Below, one piece after another: positions 11,478 through 21,753 of a stretch of 64,000 nucleotides of DNA (position 1 is its first letter; the number at the start of each line of letters is the position of its first letter). Under the pieces are notes generated by a model, which had not been told where the DNA came from, did not search any database, and was given only the letters and a program-made list of their open reading frames with translations. Source of the stretch: Escherichia coli. Its GTDB lineage: Bacteria; Pseudomonadota; Gammaproteobacteria; Enterobacterales; Enterobacteriaceae. The stretch lies in NCBI RefSeq assembly GCF_050920415.1, contig NZ_CP169309.1; one strand, given 5' to 3'. The position numbers and the translations under genes were made by a program.

Positions 11478-12146
11478 TCACATTAGCGAGGGGATCAGGC
11501 GGCGGTAGTCATTCAGTGACGGATGGTGCTGATACTGTTTCTCGGCAATCCCGGAGTCAGGATTAGTCACGCCGAGGCAGTAACGAATACCAAATTGTGC
11601 GGCAGCATCGAGAATCGCTTCGCTGTCATCAATAAACAGCGTTCTTTCAGCTTTCAGACCCGTAGCTTCGGCCACCGCATGCCATAACCGCTGATCCTCT
11701 TTCGGATAACCAAATGTGTGGGTGGAAAGTAATAAATCAAGGTGTGCGTCCAGACCGGTATGCTCAAGTTTTACCGCCAGGTTATGCGGATGAGCATTGG
11801 TGAGCAAAATTCGTTGCTTACCACTGGCTTTCAGTGCCTCAAGAAACGGAATGGTATCTTCACGCAGCACGGCACGCGGTCCCATCTCAGTGGTCATCGC
11901 ACAGATATCCAGACCCAGTTGCTCACTCCAGTAATCAAGACAGTACCAGTTTAGCGTATGCTGCACGTCGTGATATTGCTGGCGCATATAGTCCATCGCT
12001 TCCTGTGGTGTGACCCCGTTTTTCGCCCCCCATGTTTCAGGCACCAGCTTTTGCCAGAAATAGTTATCGAAGGCGAGGTCGAGCAACGTACCGTCCATAT
12101 CCAGCAGAACGGTATCTACGTCCTGCCAGGCAATGTTGATATGCAT
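11478..12146 (-). CDS. yrfG: HAD-family GMP/IMP nucleotidase YrfG
   Basis: ATG 12146 with GGAG upstream; MHINIAWQDVDTVLLDMDGTLLDL with HAD motif DxDGT; 222 aa. The track ORF starts 15 codons upstream. Confidence 0.9.
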   Translation of the reverse strand: MHINIAWQDVDTVLLDMDGTLLDLAFDNYFWQKLVPETWGAKNGVTPQEAMDYMRQQYHDVQHTLNWYCLDYWSEQLGLDICAMTTEMGPRAVLREDTIPFLEALKASGKQRILLTNAHPHNLAVKLEHTGLDAHLDLLLSTHTFGYPKEDQRLWHAVAEATGLKAERTLFIDDSEAILDAAAQFGIRYCLGVTNPDSGIAEKQYQHHPSLNDYRRLIPSLM

Positions 12147-12210
12147 GAGGGAAATCTCCAGAGTGAAGCAATTTGCGCGACAGGGTAGCATAACCTGCCG
12201 CGCAAACGTG

Positions 12211-14346
12211 TTATTCGATAAGGCTTTCTGAAGGGGTGATCAGTTGCGGGTTCAGGCAGCTTTCATAATAGGCCTGAATCTCCATCATGCGAGTGCGATG
12301 ACGCTGGTAACGACGCCATGCCTGTACGCCATTATAGATGGTGCTGCCCAGCATCGTCAGTAGCAAAAGTGTGGTGCTGAGATAGCGCCACAGGCCGGAA
12401 CGATCCGGGATCGGATGAAGGCCTATATGCTGCGTACCATTGGCGTCGGTGAAGATTTTTGTGACGATGCCTTCGGCGTTAAACGGTGTATGCATCAGCA
12501 TTTGCGCCAGTTTCTGGAAAGCGTTCCACTGTTCTTGCGGCGGGTAGTCGTAAAGTGATGTTGAAGGCCAGGGTTGATCAACAAAATCGCTGCCTTCGTC
12601 GCTGACAATCAGGAATCCGCCGGGGGCCGGACTGTTTAGTGATTGTGCCGCTCGCGCCGTTTCATGCGTGATAAACGGCGCGGTGGAGGTCGCCACCAGG
12701 TTATCCAGCGATTCCGCACTCACTGGGCGTAATAACACATTCACGCCATCGAGTTTCCCGGCGTTAGCGCGTTTAACCAGCGCGTCCCAGTCTTTACTGT
12801 TGCCGAGATTGACCAGCGCATTTTTCAGTCGCACACAATCATCTTTGGCAGAACAAAGATCCGCTGTCTTCAGTACGATATCGCCAAAATCATCAAGCAA
12901 TACCATGCCGGATTTTTGAATTGCTGAACGTAATGAGGCGCTGACGCGAGATTCATCTTCCGGCTTTGGATGTAACTGGCGGTTAACTGCTTCGGTCAAT
13001 GCCGTCGCTTTGTTGACCAGTTCAGATTCCGGTAATGGTAATGAACGGGCGTCATTCCAGATGATCTGCGAGCAGTCAAACGGTAAAAAAGGTGAGTTGG
13101 TTTTCGCGCTCCAGGTACCGGAAGTGCGAATATTACACATTCCCGTACCGCTAATACGCAATGTATCGCCAACCCGCACGCCAGCGTCAGCCAGTTGTTT
13201 CACGCTGGTGGCTTCAATGGTCTGCGCGCCTTTCATCCACGAGAGGGTGAATTTCAGCGGCATATCCAGCGGGATCCAGAATAACAGCATAAACAGCACC
13301 AGTAGCGAGCCCGCAGCGATAATCGTACTGCGCAGCCAGTGCTGTAACGGAAAGTTTTTTACTTCATCATGCAGCGAAAGATATCGCCCCTGACGCACTA
13401 CGTGGCGGTCGAGATAGATATCGATATCGGTTTGTTGGCCGAGATCCTGAGCAATGTAGGGCTGCCAGTGTGCGGGATAGACCAGGTCGATAATACCGAG
13501 TGAAATATTGTTGATCTGTTCCTGATCGTTTTCGCCAAACAATCCCCAACGACGGGGTGTACCGCGCAGACAATGAATTTCCCGCAGGGAGGATTTTGCC
13601 GGGGGCGCGAATAGCCCCCACAGTCCTGCGCCCAGCAGCAGTAACGCGCCGCCTGCCAGCCACGGAACAAATACATCCGGGGTAATCAGGCAGAAAAAGA
13701 ACATCAGGAAGGAGGCGACAATCAGCAACGCTTCGCGCAGCCCGCGCGGACGACTTAGCGCATACTCTTCGTGCGTTTCTTTGCGAATATTGAGTAGCTC
13801 GATTTGCTCACTCTCTTCCCCGCGAATAGACGCCTGTGTTGACGGAACAGGTTGCAAGGCATAGCCGCGAGTTTCCTGCATGTACTCCTGCAGCGTATGA
13901 CCGTTTAGTGAAATAACCAGCGGCAGCGAATCGGTATGAATCAGTTCAACGCTATTCTCATCGTTGATGTACTGCTCCCAGAAAGGGGGCAGGTGGACTT
14001 CTACCGAATCGAGGTAGTAACGCCATTTATTCGGATCGTCGGTAGAGATGCCGTAACGCGTGATAGCGTGTGTCAGCATCATGACGTTGTTGCTTTCGGC
14101 ATTCAGCGCCAGAGAGACCGGTGCCGCGCTGGCTCCCGTTGGGCCAGGCACCTGTAATACCTGCGTCAGGCTCTCAAGATAATTTTCAACGGCGCTACGT
14201 TCTTCAGGTGTGAGTTTACGCGTTTGCGCATCCGCGAAGGCGTTGGTCCAAGGCAGCTGACGCCGTCTGGATCGCACTTTTATCAGCCATCCCGCAAGTA
14301 GTGAGCAGGCCAGCAAAGCAGCTAAAAAAATCACAATGGTGCTCAT
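12211..14346 (-). CDS. igaA: Inner-membrane attenuator of the Rcs phosphorelay IgaA (YrfF)
   Basis: 711 aa, N-terminal TM segment MSTIVIFLAALLACSLLAGWLIK and further TM segments. Confidence 0.93.
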   Translation of the reverse strand: MSTIVIFLAALLACSLLAGWLIKVRSRRRQLPWTNAFADAQTRKLTPEERSAVENYLESLTQVLQVPGPTGASAAPVSLALNAESNNVMMLTHAITRYGISTDDPNKWRYYLDSVEVHLPPFWEQYINDENSVELIHTDSLPLVISLNGHTLQEYMQETRGYALQPVPSTQASIRGEESEQIELLNIRKETHEEYALSRPRGLREALLIVASFLMFFFCLITPDVFVPWLAGGALLLLGAGLWGLFAPPAKSSLREIHCLRGTPRRWGLFGENDQEQINNISLGIIDLVYPAHWQPYIAQDLGQQTDIDIYLDRHVVRQGRYLSLHDEVKNFPLQHWLRSTIIAAGSLLVLFMLLFWIPLDMPLKFTLSWMKGAQTIEATSVKQLADAGVRVGDTLRISGTGMCNIRTSGTWSAKTNSPFLPFDCSQIIWNDARSLPLPESELVNKATALTEAVNRQLHPKPEDESRVSASLRSAIQKSGMVLLDDFGDIVLKTADLCSAKDDCVRLKNALVNLGNSKDWDALVKRANAGKLDGVNVLLRPVSAESLDNLVATSTAPFITHETARAAQSLNSPAPGGFLIVSDEGSDFVDQPWPSTSLYDYPPQEQWNAFQKLAQMLMHTPFNAEGIVTKIFTDANGTQHIGLHPIPDRSGLWRYLSTTLLLLTMLGSTIYNGVQAWRRYQRHRTRMMEIQAYYESCLNPQLITPSESLIE

Positions 14347-14665
14347 GCTTTCCCCATCTTACTTAGTCTGTCAGGCGTGGTCAGTCGCACCGGACACAAT
14401 ACATGATTCTGCGGTTGGCTATCGGCAAGCGTGGAGTTTAACTTGAGCATCATTAAGCACATCACAGTAACCGCTGATCATAGCAAACCCTCTGAAGGCG
14501 GAATATCAGCAAATTCCTGGAGTTATTTCAACCTATTGACTTTTAATTTGATTTGAGGATGATTATTTAATAAGTTACATAAATGTAAATAACATGCAAT
14601 TCACATTGCCGAAAGCGTGTCCGATATCGCACAATAACCGCTGATTTCACAGCATAGATCCCACG

Positions 14666-15226
14666 ATGAGCAAATCATTACAAAAACCCACCATTCTGAA
14701 TGTTGAAACTGTAGCCCGTTCACGACTGTTTACCGTCGAAAGCGTGGATCTGGAGTTCAGCAATGGCGTGCGGCGTGTTTATGAACGAATGCGTCCAACC
14801 AACCGGGAAGCGGTGATGATTGTGCCGATTGTGGACGATCACCTGATCCTGATCCGCGAATACGCAGTGGGAACGGAATCCTACGAATTAGGTTTTTCGA
14901 AAGGATTAATTGATCCGGGTGAAAGCGTCTACGAAGCCGCTAACCGCGAGCTAAAAGAAGAGGTTGGATTTGGTGCGAACGATCTGACTTTTTTGAAGAA
15001 GCTCAGCATGGCACCGTCTTACTTTTCCAGCAAAATGAATATCGTGGTAGCGCAAGATCTCTACCCGGAATCGCTGGAAGGCGATGAGCCAGAGCCGCTA
15101 CCACAGGTGCGCTGGCCGCTGGCGCATATGATGGATTTGCTGGAAGATCCTGACTTCAACGAAGCACGTAATGTCAGCGCACTGTTCCTCGTGCGCGAGT
15201 GGTTGAAGGAGCAGGGGCGAGTGTAA
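14666..15226 (+). CDS. nudE: ADP-sugar diphosphatase NudE (Nudix hydrolase)
   Basis: 186 aa; Nudix box region GLIDPGESVYEAANRELKEEVG. Confidence 0.93.
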   Translation: MSKSLQKPTILNVETVARSRLFTVESVDLEFSNGVRRVYERMRPTNREAVMIVPIVDDHLILIREYAVGTESYELGFSKGLIDPGESVYEAANRELKEEVGFGANDLTFLKKLSMAPSYFSSKMNIVVAQDLYPESLEGDEPEPLPQVRWPLAHMMDLLEDPDFNEARNVSALFLVREWLKEQGRV

Positions 15227-15239
15227 ATGCGTGAAGTTT

Positions 15240-15337
15240 GCCTGATGCACAATGCTTATCAGGCCTGCGAGACTCCTGCAATATATTGATTTTTCTCGAT
15301 ATTTTCAGACGGATAACGTGTTCACGCCGTATCCGGT
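15240..15337. repeat. Pair of REP-like palindromes in the nudE-mrcA convergent spacer
   Basis: GCCTGATGCACAATGCTTATCAGGCC and ACGGATAACGTGTTCACGCCGTATCCGG, both REP-type palindromes. Confidence 0.6.
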
Positions 15338-15367
15338 ATAAATAAAGTGACACTTTGTCAGCAAACA

Positions 15368-15392
15368 GAAAAAGGCGCCGAAGCGCCTTTTT
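15368..15392. terminator. Bidirectional intrinsic terminator between nudE and mrcA
   Basis: AAAAAGGCGC-CGAA-GCGCCTTTTT, a perfect GC-rich stem flanked by A and T runs, ending 3 nt before the mrcA stop. Confidence 0.8.
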
Positions 15393-15394
15393 AA

Positions 15395-17947
15395 TCAGAA
15401 CAATTCCTGTGCCTCGCCATTATCGATAATGGTCGTTCCCACCTCGTGCACCGCCTGTTGTGTCGGCTGTGTACCTTCGATGAAATACTCTTCGCGGCTG
15501 TTGCCACCATTAGCTAACTGCCCGGTGCTGCGATCGATATTCACCGTCACAATACCCGGCGGCGGCGTCAGCGGCTGTTCCGGCACGCCTTCAAGAACGG
15601 CTTTCATATAAGCGTCCCATGCAGGCTGGGCACTCTTGGCACCGCCTTCGTAACCTGAGATCTGATCTTTAATCGCTCCGGAAGCCGTTGTATGACCGAG
15701 ATTACGACGGTGATCATCAAAGCCAATCCAGACCGAGGTCACAACGCCCGGACCGTAACCCGAAAACCACGCATCTTTCGAACTGTTAGTGGTACCGGTT
15801 TTCCCGCCGATATCGCGACGCTGCAAATCACGACCTGCACGCCAGCCGGTACCCTGCCAGCCTGGCTCACCAAAGATATTGGTGTTCAAAGCACTCTTAA
15901 TCAGGAATGCCAGCGGAGTGTTGATGACGTGCGGTGCGTACTCCTGCGCGCCAGTCTTCGCGACTAACGCCTGATTCGCCTGCTCCAGCTGCGGCATTGG
16001 TACAGAAACATTCTGCTGCTCGCGGGAGATAGCGACATCTTCAACATCGTTATTTTCCAGCACGTTCGATTTCTGCGTATCACCGTAAATCACCGGAATA
16101 TCGCATTCCGGGCAGGCTACTTTCGGTTTCGCTTCGAAAATCACGCCGCCCTGATCGTTTTCAATTTTGCTGATAAACCACGGGTCCACCAGGAAGCCGC
16201 CGTTCGCCATTACCGCGTAGCCGCGCGCCACCTGCATTGGGGTGAAGGACGCTGAACCCAGCGCCAGCGATTCGGTGTGGACAATGTTTTGCGCCGGGAA
16301 GCCGAAGCGTTGCAGATATTCTGCAGCGTAGTCGACGCCCATCGCCCGCATTGCGCGTACCATCACCACGTTTTTCGACTGGCCCAGTCCCTGACGTAAG
16401 CGAATTGGACCGGCATACTGTGGTGGTGAGTTCTTCGGCTGCCAGTCAGAACCGGCACCTGCATCCCAGCGGGAAATTGGCACATCGTTCAACATACTTG
16501 CCAGCGTCAGACCTTTATCCATCGCCGCGGTGTAGAGGAACGGTTTGATGTTGGAACCTACCTGACGCAGTGCCTGGGTGGCGCGGTTAAACTTGCTCTG
16601 ATTGAAATCAAAGCCACCGACCAGCGCCATAACGGCACCGTTTTGCGGATTGATCGACACCAGCGCCGAGTTCACTTCCGGCACTTGTGCCAGCCACCAT
16701 GCATCGCCAACCTGACGAACCCAGATTTGCTGACCCGTTTGCAGAACATCGGTCACTTTACGCGGCGTCGGTCCCTGCTGAGTATCCGAACGGTAAGGAC
16801 GCGCCCAGCGAACGCCTTCCATACTCAATGCGACGGTCGACCCGTCCGCCAGCATCGCCGTCGCTTCCTGAGGATTGGCGCTGGTGACTGCGGCAGGCAG
16901 CAGCGGACCATAGGTCGGCAGCGCCTTCAGCGTATCGGTAATCTTGTTGTTATCCCACGCCGATTCGCCCACTTTCCACAGCACATTTGCCGGGCCGCGA
17001 TAGCCGTGGCGCATGTCGTAGTCCAGCACGTTATTACGTACCGCCTGCTGTGCGGCCTGCTGCACTTTGCGGGTGATGGTGGTGTAAATGCGATAACCGT
17101 CTTCATAGGCACTTTCGCCATAACGGTTATACATCTCCTGGCGCACCATTTCGCTCAGGTACGGCGCAGAGAAAGCAATCTCCGGCGCGTGATAGTTAGC
17201 GTTAATCGCCTCAGTGCGTGTCTGATCGAACTGTTGTTGGGTGATATACCCTTCATCCAGCATCCGCGACAGTACGACGTTACGCCGCGCGACGGCACGA
17301 TCCATTGAGTAGAGCGGATTAAAGGTGGAAGGCGCTTTCGGCAGCCCGGCTATCACCGCCATTTCGTTCAGCGTCAGTTGGTCGACCGTTTTACCGAAAT
17401 AGACTTGTGCCGCAGCACCGACACCATAGGCGCGGTAACCGAGGTAAATCTTGTTCAGATAAAGCTCGAGGATCTCGTCTTTCGTCAGCAACTGTTCAAT
17501 GCGAATCGCGAGGAAGACTTCCTTAATCTTACGCATCAGCGTGCGTTCTGGACTGAGGAAGAAGTTTCTCGCCAGCTGCTGGGTAATGGTACTCGCCCCT
17601 TGTGACGCGTGGCCGGAGAACAGCGCCACACTTGCCGCACGGAAGATCCCCACCGGGTCAACGCCGTGATGCTCGTAGAAGCGGCTGTCTTCCGTCGCGA
17701 TAAAGGCTTTCACCATCTCCGGCGGGATTTGATCCAACGTAACCGGGATACGACGTTTCTCACCGTATTGAGCAATCAGCTCGCCATCGGCGCTGTAAAT
17801 CTGCATCGGAATTTGCAGGCGAACATCTTTTAATGTCGCCACATCCGGCAGTTGTGGCTCGATGTAGCGGTATAGGCCATAAATCGAGCCTGCTCCCAGC
17901 AGAATGCAACAGACTGCAAGGATCAAAAAATACTTTACGAACTTCAC
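15395..17947 (-). CDS. mrcA: Penicillin-binding protein 1A (bifunctional glycosyltransferase/transpeptidase)
   Basis: Track ORF 858 aa; the 850 aa form starts at GTG 17947 (MKFVKYFLILAVCC...); an in-frame ATG lies at 17971. Transpeptidase serine motif region present. Confidence 0.93.
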   Translation of the reverse strand: MKFVKYFLILAVCCILLGAGSIYGLYRYIEPQLPDVATLKDVRLQIPMQIYSADGELIAQYGEKRRIPVTLDQIPPEMVKAFIATEDSRFYEHHGVDPVGIFRAASVALFSGHASQGASTITQQLARNFFLSPERTLMRKIKEVFLAIRIEQLLTKDEILELYLNKIYLGYRAYGVGAAAQVYFGKTVDQLTLNEMAVIAGLPKAPSTFNPLYSMDRAVARRNVVLSRMLDEGYITQQQFDQTRTEAINANYHAPEIAFSAPYLSEMVRQEMYNRYGESAYEDGYRIYTTITRKVQQAAQQAVRNNVLDYDMRHGYRGPANVLWKVGESAWDNNKITDTLKALPTYGPLLPAAVTSANPQEATAMLADGSTVALSMEGVRWARPYRSDTQQGPTPRKVTDVLQTGQQIWVRQVGDAWWLAQVPEVNSALVSINPQNGAVMALVGGFDFNQSKFNRATQALRQVGSNIKPFLYTAAMDKGLTLASMLNDVPISRWDAGAGSDWQPKNSPPQYAGPIRLRQGLGQSKNVVMVRAMRAMGVDYAAEYLQRFGFPAQNIVHTESLALGSASFTPMQVARGYAVMANGGFLVDPWFISKIENDQGGVIFEAKPKVACPECDIPVIYGDTQKSNVLENNDVEDVAISREQQNVSVPMPQLEQANQALVAKTGAQEYAPHVINTPLAFLIKSALNTNIFGEPGWQGTGWRAGRDLQRRDIGGKTGTTNSSKDAWFSGYGPGVVTSVWIGFDDHRRNLGHTTASGAIKDQISGYEGGAKSAQPAWDAYMKAVLEGVPEQPLTPPPGIVTVNIDRSTGQLANGGNSREEYFIEGTQPTQQAVHEVGTTIIDNGEAQELF

Positions 17948-18066
17948 TGGAAATTTCCCATTTAGTTTCATTTGGGCAGTTTATAAACAAACGCGCGGTA
18001 GTATAAAGGCAAGCCAGACGCATTGATATACCCGTCAGAGTGACGGGTGATAAGGAGATCATCACA

Positions 18067-18846
18067 ATGGCATTTAAGATCTGGCAAATTGGTTTGCATT
18101 TACAACAGCAAGAAGCGGTGGCGGTTGCGATCGTGCGGGGCGCAAAAGAATGCTTTTTGCAACGCTGGTGGCGGTTGCCGCTGGCGAACGACATAATCAA
18201 AGATGGGCGGATTGTCGATGCACAGCGGCTGGCTAAAACGTTGTTACCGTGGAGTCGCGAACTGCCGCAGCGTCATCACATTATGTTGGCGTTTCCCGCC
18301 AGTCGCACATTACAGCGGTCATTTCCGCGCCCGTCGATGTCCCTTGGTGAGCGGGAGCAAACGGCCTGGCTGTCCGGGACGATGGCCCGCGAGCTGGATA
18401 TGGATCCGGACTCCCTGCGCTTCGATTACAGCGAAGACTCACTCAGTCCCGCCTATAACGTGACTGCCGCGCAAAGCAAAGAGCTGGCAACGCTGCTTAC
18501 TTTGGCAGAAAGGTTGCGTGTTCATGTTAGTGCGATCACCCCGGATGCCAGTGCATTACAGCGATTCCTGCCTTTTTTACCTTCTCATCAGCAATGTCTG
18601 GCCTGGCGTGATAACGAACAGTGGCTGTGGGCGACGCGCTATAGCTGGGGGCGCAAACTGGCGGTGGGGATGACTAGCGCGAAGGAGCTGGCGGCAGCGT
18701 TATCCGTTGATCCCGAAAGCGTCGCGCTATGTGGCGAAGGCGGATTTGACCCGTGGGAGGCGGTTTCTGTTCGTCAGCCGCCGCTACCGCCGCCAGGTGG
18801 AGACTTTGCCATCGCGCTGGGGCTGGCGCTAGGGAAGGCGTACTGA
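18067..18846 (+). CDS. hofM: Type IV pilus / DNA-uptake assembly protein HofM (PilM-like)
   Basis: ATG 18067 with AAGGAG 10 nt upstream; MAFKIWQIGLHLQQQEAVAVAIV...; 259 aa. Confidence 0.9.
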   Translation: MAFKIWQIGLHLQQQEAVAVAIVRGAKECFLQRWWRLPLANDIIKDGRIVDAQRLAKTLLPWSRELPQRHHIMLAFPASRTLQRSFPRPSMSLGEREQTAWLSGTMARELDMDPDSLRFDYSEDSLSPAYNVTAAQSKELATLLTLAERLRVHVSAITPDASALQRFLPFLPSHQQCLAWRDNEQWLWATRYSWGRKLAVGMTSAKELAAALSVDPESVALCGEGGFDPWEAVSVRQPPLPPPGGDFAIALGLALGKAY

Positions 18847-19385
18847 TGAACCCGCCAATTAATTTTTTGCCCTGGCGACAGCAACGCCGGACCGCTTTTC
18901 TTCGTTTCTGGTTGCTGATGTTCGTTGCGCCTCTGCTGCTGACCGTCGGGATAACGCTAATATTGCGTCTGACAAGCAACGCCGAAGCTCGCGTAGATGC
19001 CGTTTTGCTTCAGGCGGAACAACAACTCGCCCACAGCTTACAAATAACGAAACCACGTTTGCTGGAGCTCCAACAAATTCGTGAGCAGCGTTTGCAAAGG
19101 CAGCGCCAGCGACAATTTACCCGTGACTGGCAATCTGCGCTGGAAGCACTGGCGGCGCTTTTACCCGAGCACGCCTGGCTGACAACGATAAGCTGGCAGC
19201 AGGGAACGCTGGAGATCAAGGGGCTAACAACAAGCATTACCGCGTTAAACGCGCTGGAAACGTCACTCCGCCAGGATGCTTCTTTTCATCTCAATCAGCG
19301 GGGGGCCACGCAGCAGGATGCGCAGGGACGCTGGCAATTTGAGTATCTGTTAACAAGGAAGGTTAGCGATGGACATGCTCTTTGA
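18846..19385 (+). CDS. hofN: HofN (PilN-like)
   Basis: ATG 18846 overlaps the hofM stop; MNPPINFLPWRQQRRTAFLRFWLLMFVAPLLL, single TM; 179 aa. Confidence 0.88.
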   Translation: MNPPINFLPWRQQRRTAFLRFWLLMFVAPLLLTVGITLILRLTSNAEARVDAVLLQAEQQLAHSLQITKPRLLELQQIREQRLQRQRQRQFTRDWQSALEALAALLPEHAWLTTISWQQGTLEIKGLTTSITALNALETSLRQDASFHLNQRGATQQDAQGRWQFEYLLTRKVSDGHAL

Positions 19386-19809
19386 CTGGTGGTTCGCCAC
19401 ATCACCCCGCCTCCGCCAGCTTTGCTGGGCATTCTGGTTGATGATGTTAGTTACGCTCATTTTTCTGTCATCGACACACCAGGAAGAGAGCGACGCATTA
19501 ATTCGACTACGGGCAAGTCATTACCAGCAGTGGGCCGCACTGTATCGCCTGGTAAACACCACTCCCTTCAGTGAGGAAAAAACGCAGCCCTTTTCGCCAC
19601 TGGATTTTCAGTTATCCGGCGCGCAACTGGTTTACTGGCATCCATCCGCGCAGGGAGGTGAGTTGGCGTTGAAAACGCTGTGGGAAGCAGTGCCGTCGGC
19701 ATTTACACGGCTGGCAGAGCGCAACGTCAGCGTGAGCCGTTTTTCGTTAAGCGTGGAAGGTGATGACCTTTTGTTCACGCTACAACTGGAGACGCCGCAT
19801 GAGGGTTAA
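19369..19809 (+). CDS. hofO: HofO (PilO-like)
   Basis: 146 aa, N-terminal TM WAFWLMMLVTLIFL; overlaps hofN and hofP. Confidence 0.85.
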   Translation: MDMLFDWWFATSPRLRQLCWAFWLMMLVTLIFLSSTHQEESDALIRLRASHYQQWAALYRLVNTTPFSEEKTQPFSPLDFQLSGAQLVYWHPSAQGGELALKTLWEAVPSAFTRLAERNVSVSRFSLSVEGDDLLFTLQLETPHEG

Positions 19810-20203
19810 ACGCTGGTTGTTGGCAGGTATTGCATTGTGCCTTTTAACCGGTATGCGTGACCCTTTTAAACCGCCGGAAGATCTATGCCGGATTAGCGAA
19901 CTTAGCCAGTGGCGCTATCAGGGGATGGTAGGGCGAGGCGAGCGCATCATCGGTGTAATAAAAGATGGGCAAAAAAAATGGCGACGGGTGCAGCAAAACG
20001 ATGTGCTGGAAAACGGCTGGACGATCTTACAGCTAACGCCAGACGCACTAACGCTGGGAACCGGGACAAACTGCGAACCGCCACAATGGTTGTGGCAACG
20101 GCAAGGAGATACAAATGAAGCAATGGATAGCCGCACTACTGTTGATGCTGATACCCGGCGTACAGGCGGCAAAGCCGCAAAAAGTGACGCTGATGGTGGA
20201 TGA
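19799..20203 (+). CDS. hofP: HofP (PilP-like lipoprotein)
   Basis: MRVKRWLLAGIALCLLTGMRDPFKP...; the 3' end overlaps hofQ by about 89 nt. Start is within a longer track ORF (19760). Confidence 0.8.
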   Translation: MRVKRWLLAGIALCLLTGMRDPFKPPEDLCRISELSQWRYQGMVGRGERIIGVIKDGQKKWRRVQQNDVLENGWTILQLTPDALTLGTGTNCEPPQWLWQRQGDTNEAMDSRTTVDADTRRTGGKAAKSDADGG

Positions 20204-21353
20204 CGTTCCGGTAGCTCAGGTGTTGCAGGCGCTGGCTGAACAGGAGAAGTTGAACCTGGTGGTGTCGCCAGACGTCAGCGGTACGGTGTCGTTACATCTA
20301 ACAGATGTTCCCTGGAAGCAAGCACTACAAACTGTAGTGAAAAGCGCCGGACTGATAACGCGTCAGGAGGGCAACATTCTCTCGGTGCATTCCGTTGCCT
20401 GGCAGAATGACAATATCGCCCGTCAGGAGGCGGAGCAGGCGCGGGCGCAGGCAAATCTGCCGCTGGAAAATCGCAGTATAACCCTGCAATACGCCGACGC
20501 GGGAGAACTGGCGAAAGCGGGGGAGAAGCTACTGAGTGCCAAAGGGAGTATGACCGTCGATAAACGCACCAATCGCCTTTTGCTGCGAGATAACAAAGCG
20601 GCGTTAAGCGCGCTTGAACAGTGGGTAGCGCAAATGGATCTGCCGGTCGGGCAGGTTGAGCTGTCGGCGCATATTGTCACCATTAATGAAAAAAGTTTGC
20701 GTGAGTTAGGCGTGAAATGGACGTTGGCTGATGCGCAACAAGCTGGTGGCGTTGGGCAAGTCACCACGCTTGGCAGCGACCTCTCCGTAGCGACGGCGAC
20801 AACGCATGTCGGTTTTAACATTGGACGCATCAACGGACGTTTACTGGATCTTGAGCTTTCCGCGCTCGAACAAAAACAGCAGCTGGATATTATCGCCAGT
20901 CCGCGTCTGCTGGCCTCACATCTTCAGCCTGCCAGCATTAAACAGGGGAGCGAAATTCCATATCAGGTTTCCAGCGGGGAAAGTGGCGCGACGTCGGTGG
21001 AATTTAAAGAGGCCGTCCTGGGGATGGAAGTTACGCCCACGGTGTTACAAAAAGGTCGCATCCGGCTGAAATTACACATCAGCCAGAACGTTCCGGGGCA
21101 GGTGCTACAGCAGGCCGATGGCGAAGTGCTGGCGATTGATAAGCAGGAGATCGAAACGCAGGTCGAGGTCAAAAGCGGAGAAACGTTGGCGCTGGGTGGC
21201 ATTTTTACCCGTAAAAATAAATCGGGTCAGGATAGCGTACCGTTGCTTGGCGACATTCCCTGGTTCGGGCAATTATTTCGTCATGACGGAAAAGAAGATG
21301 AACGACGCGAGTTAGTGGTGTTTATCACGCCACGACTGGTTTCCAGTGAGTAA
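20115..21353 (+). CDS. hofQ: Outer-membrane secretin HofQ (PilQ/ComE-like)
   Basis: 412 aa, signal peptide MKQWIAALLLMLIPGVQAAKP, secretin C-terminal domain. Confidence 0.93.
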   Translation: MKQWIAALLLMLIPGVQAAKPQKVTLMVDDVPVAQVLQALAEQEKLNLVVSPDVSGTVSLHLTDVPWKQALQTVVKSAGLITRQEGNILSVHSVAWQNDNIARQEAEQARAQANLPLENRSITLQYADAGELAKAGEKLLSAKGSMTVDKRTNRLLLRDNKAALSALEQWVAQMDLPVGQVELSAHIVTINEKSLRELGVKWTLADAQQAGGVGQVTTLGSDLSVATATTHVGFNIGRINGRLLDLELSALEQKQQLDIIASPRLLASHLQPASIKQGSEIPYQVSSGESGATSVEFKEAVLGMEVTPTVLQKGRIRLKLHISQNVPGQVLQQADGEVLAIDKQEIETQVEVKSGETLALGGIFTRKNKSGQDSVPLLGDIPWFGQLFRHDGKEDERRELVVFITPRLVSSE

Positions 21354-21753
21354 ACAGCCGTAAAAGCGGTAATGTTTTTACGCTGAACGTGTTTCATCTA
21401 TTTGACGCGCGCAGGTATTTAGCATACAAGGAGTACCGATTTGAGAGTTGGTGCTCTTCGCTGCCTGCGTTCCATGATGATGATTTATCATTCAGGCGGC
21501 ATTTTGCTGTCTTTTTTACGCTAATCTTACCCGGTGATTTATCGCCAGAGCGGTGGTAGCAAGGCAGCGCGCTTGCAGCGACCAGATATGCAGAGGGATG
21601 GGTGATTTATTCAGTTGCCAAACCCGCTGGAGTATTGAGATAATTTTCAGTCTGACTCTCGCAATATCTTATGAGGTTTCAGTTCATGTCCTGCGGCGCT
21701 CTCTGAGCGAAGCGGGTTTATCATTAACGAATAGTCTTAGTAGTACCGAAAAA

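Noticed and set aside
16643-17308. 221-codon plus-strand ORF
   Set aside because: Antisense to mrcA; Arg-rich implausible product.
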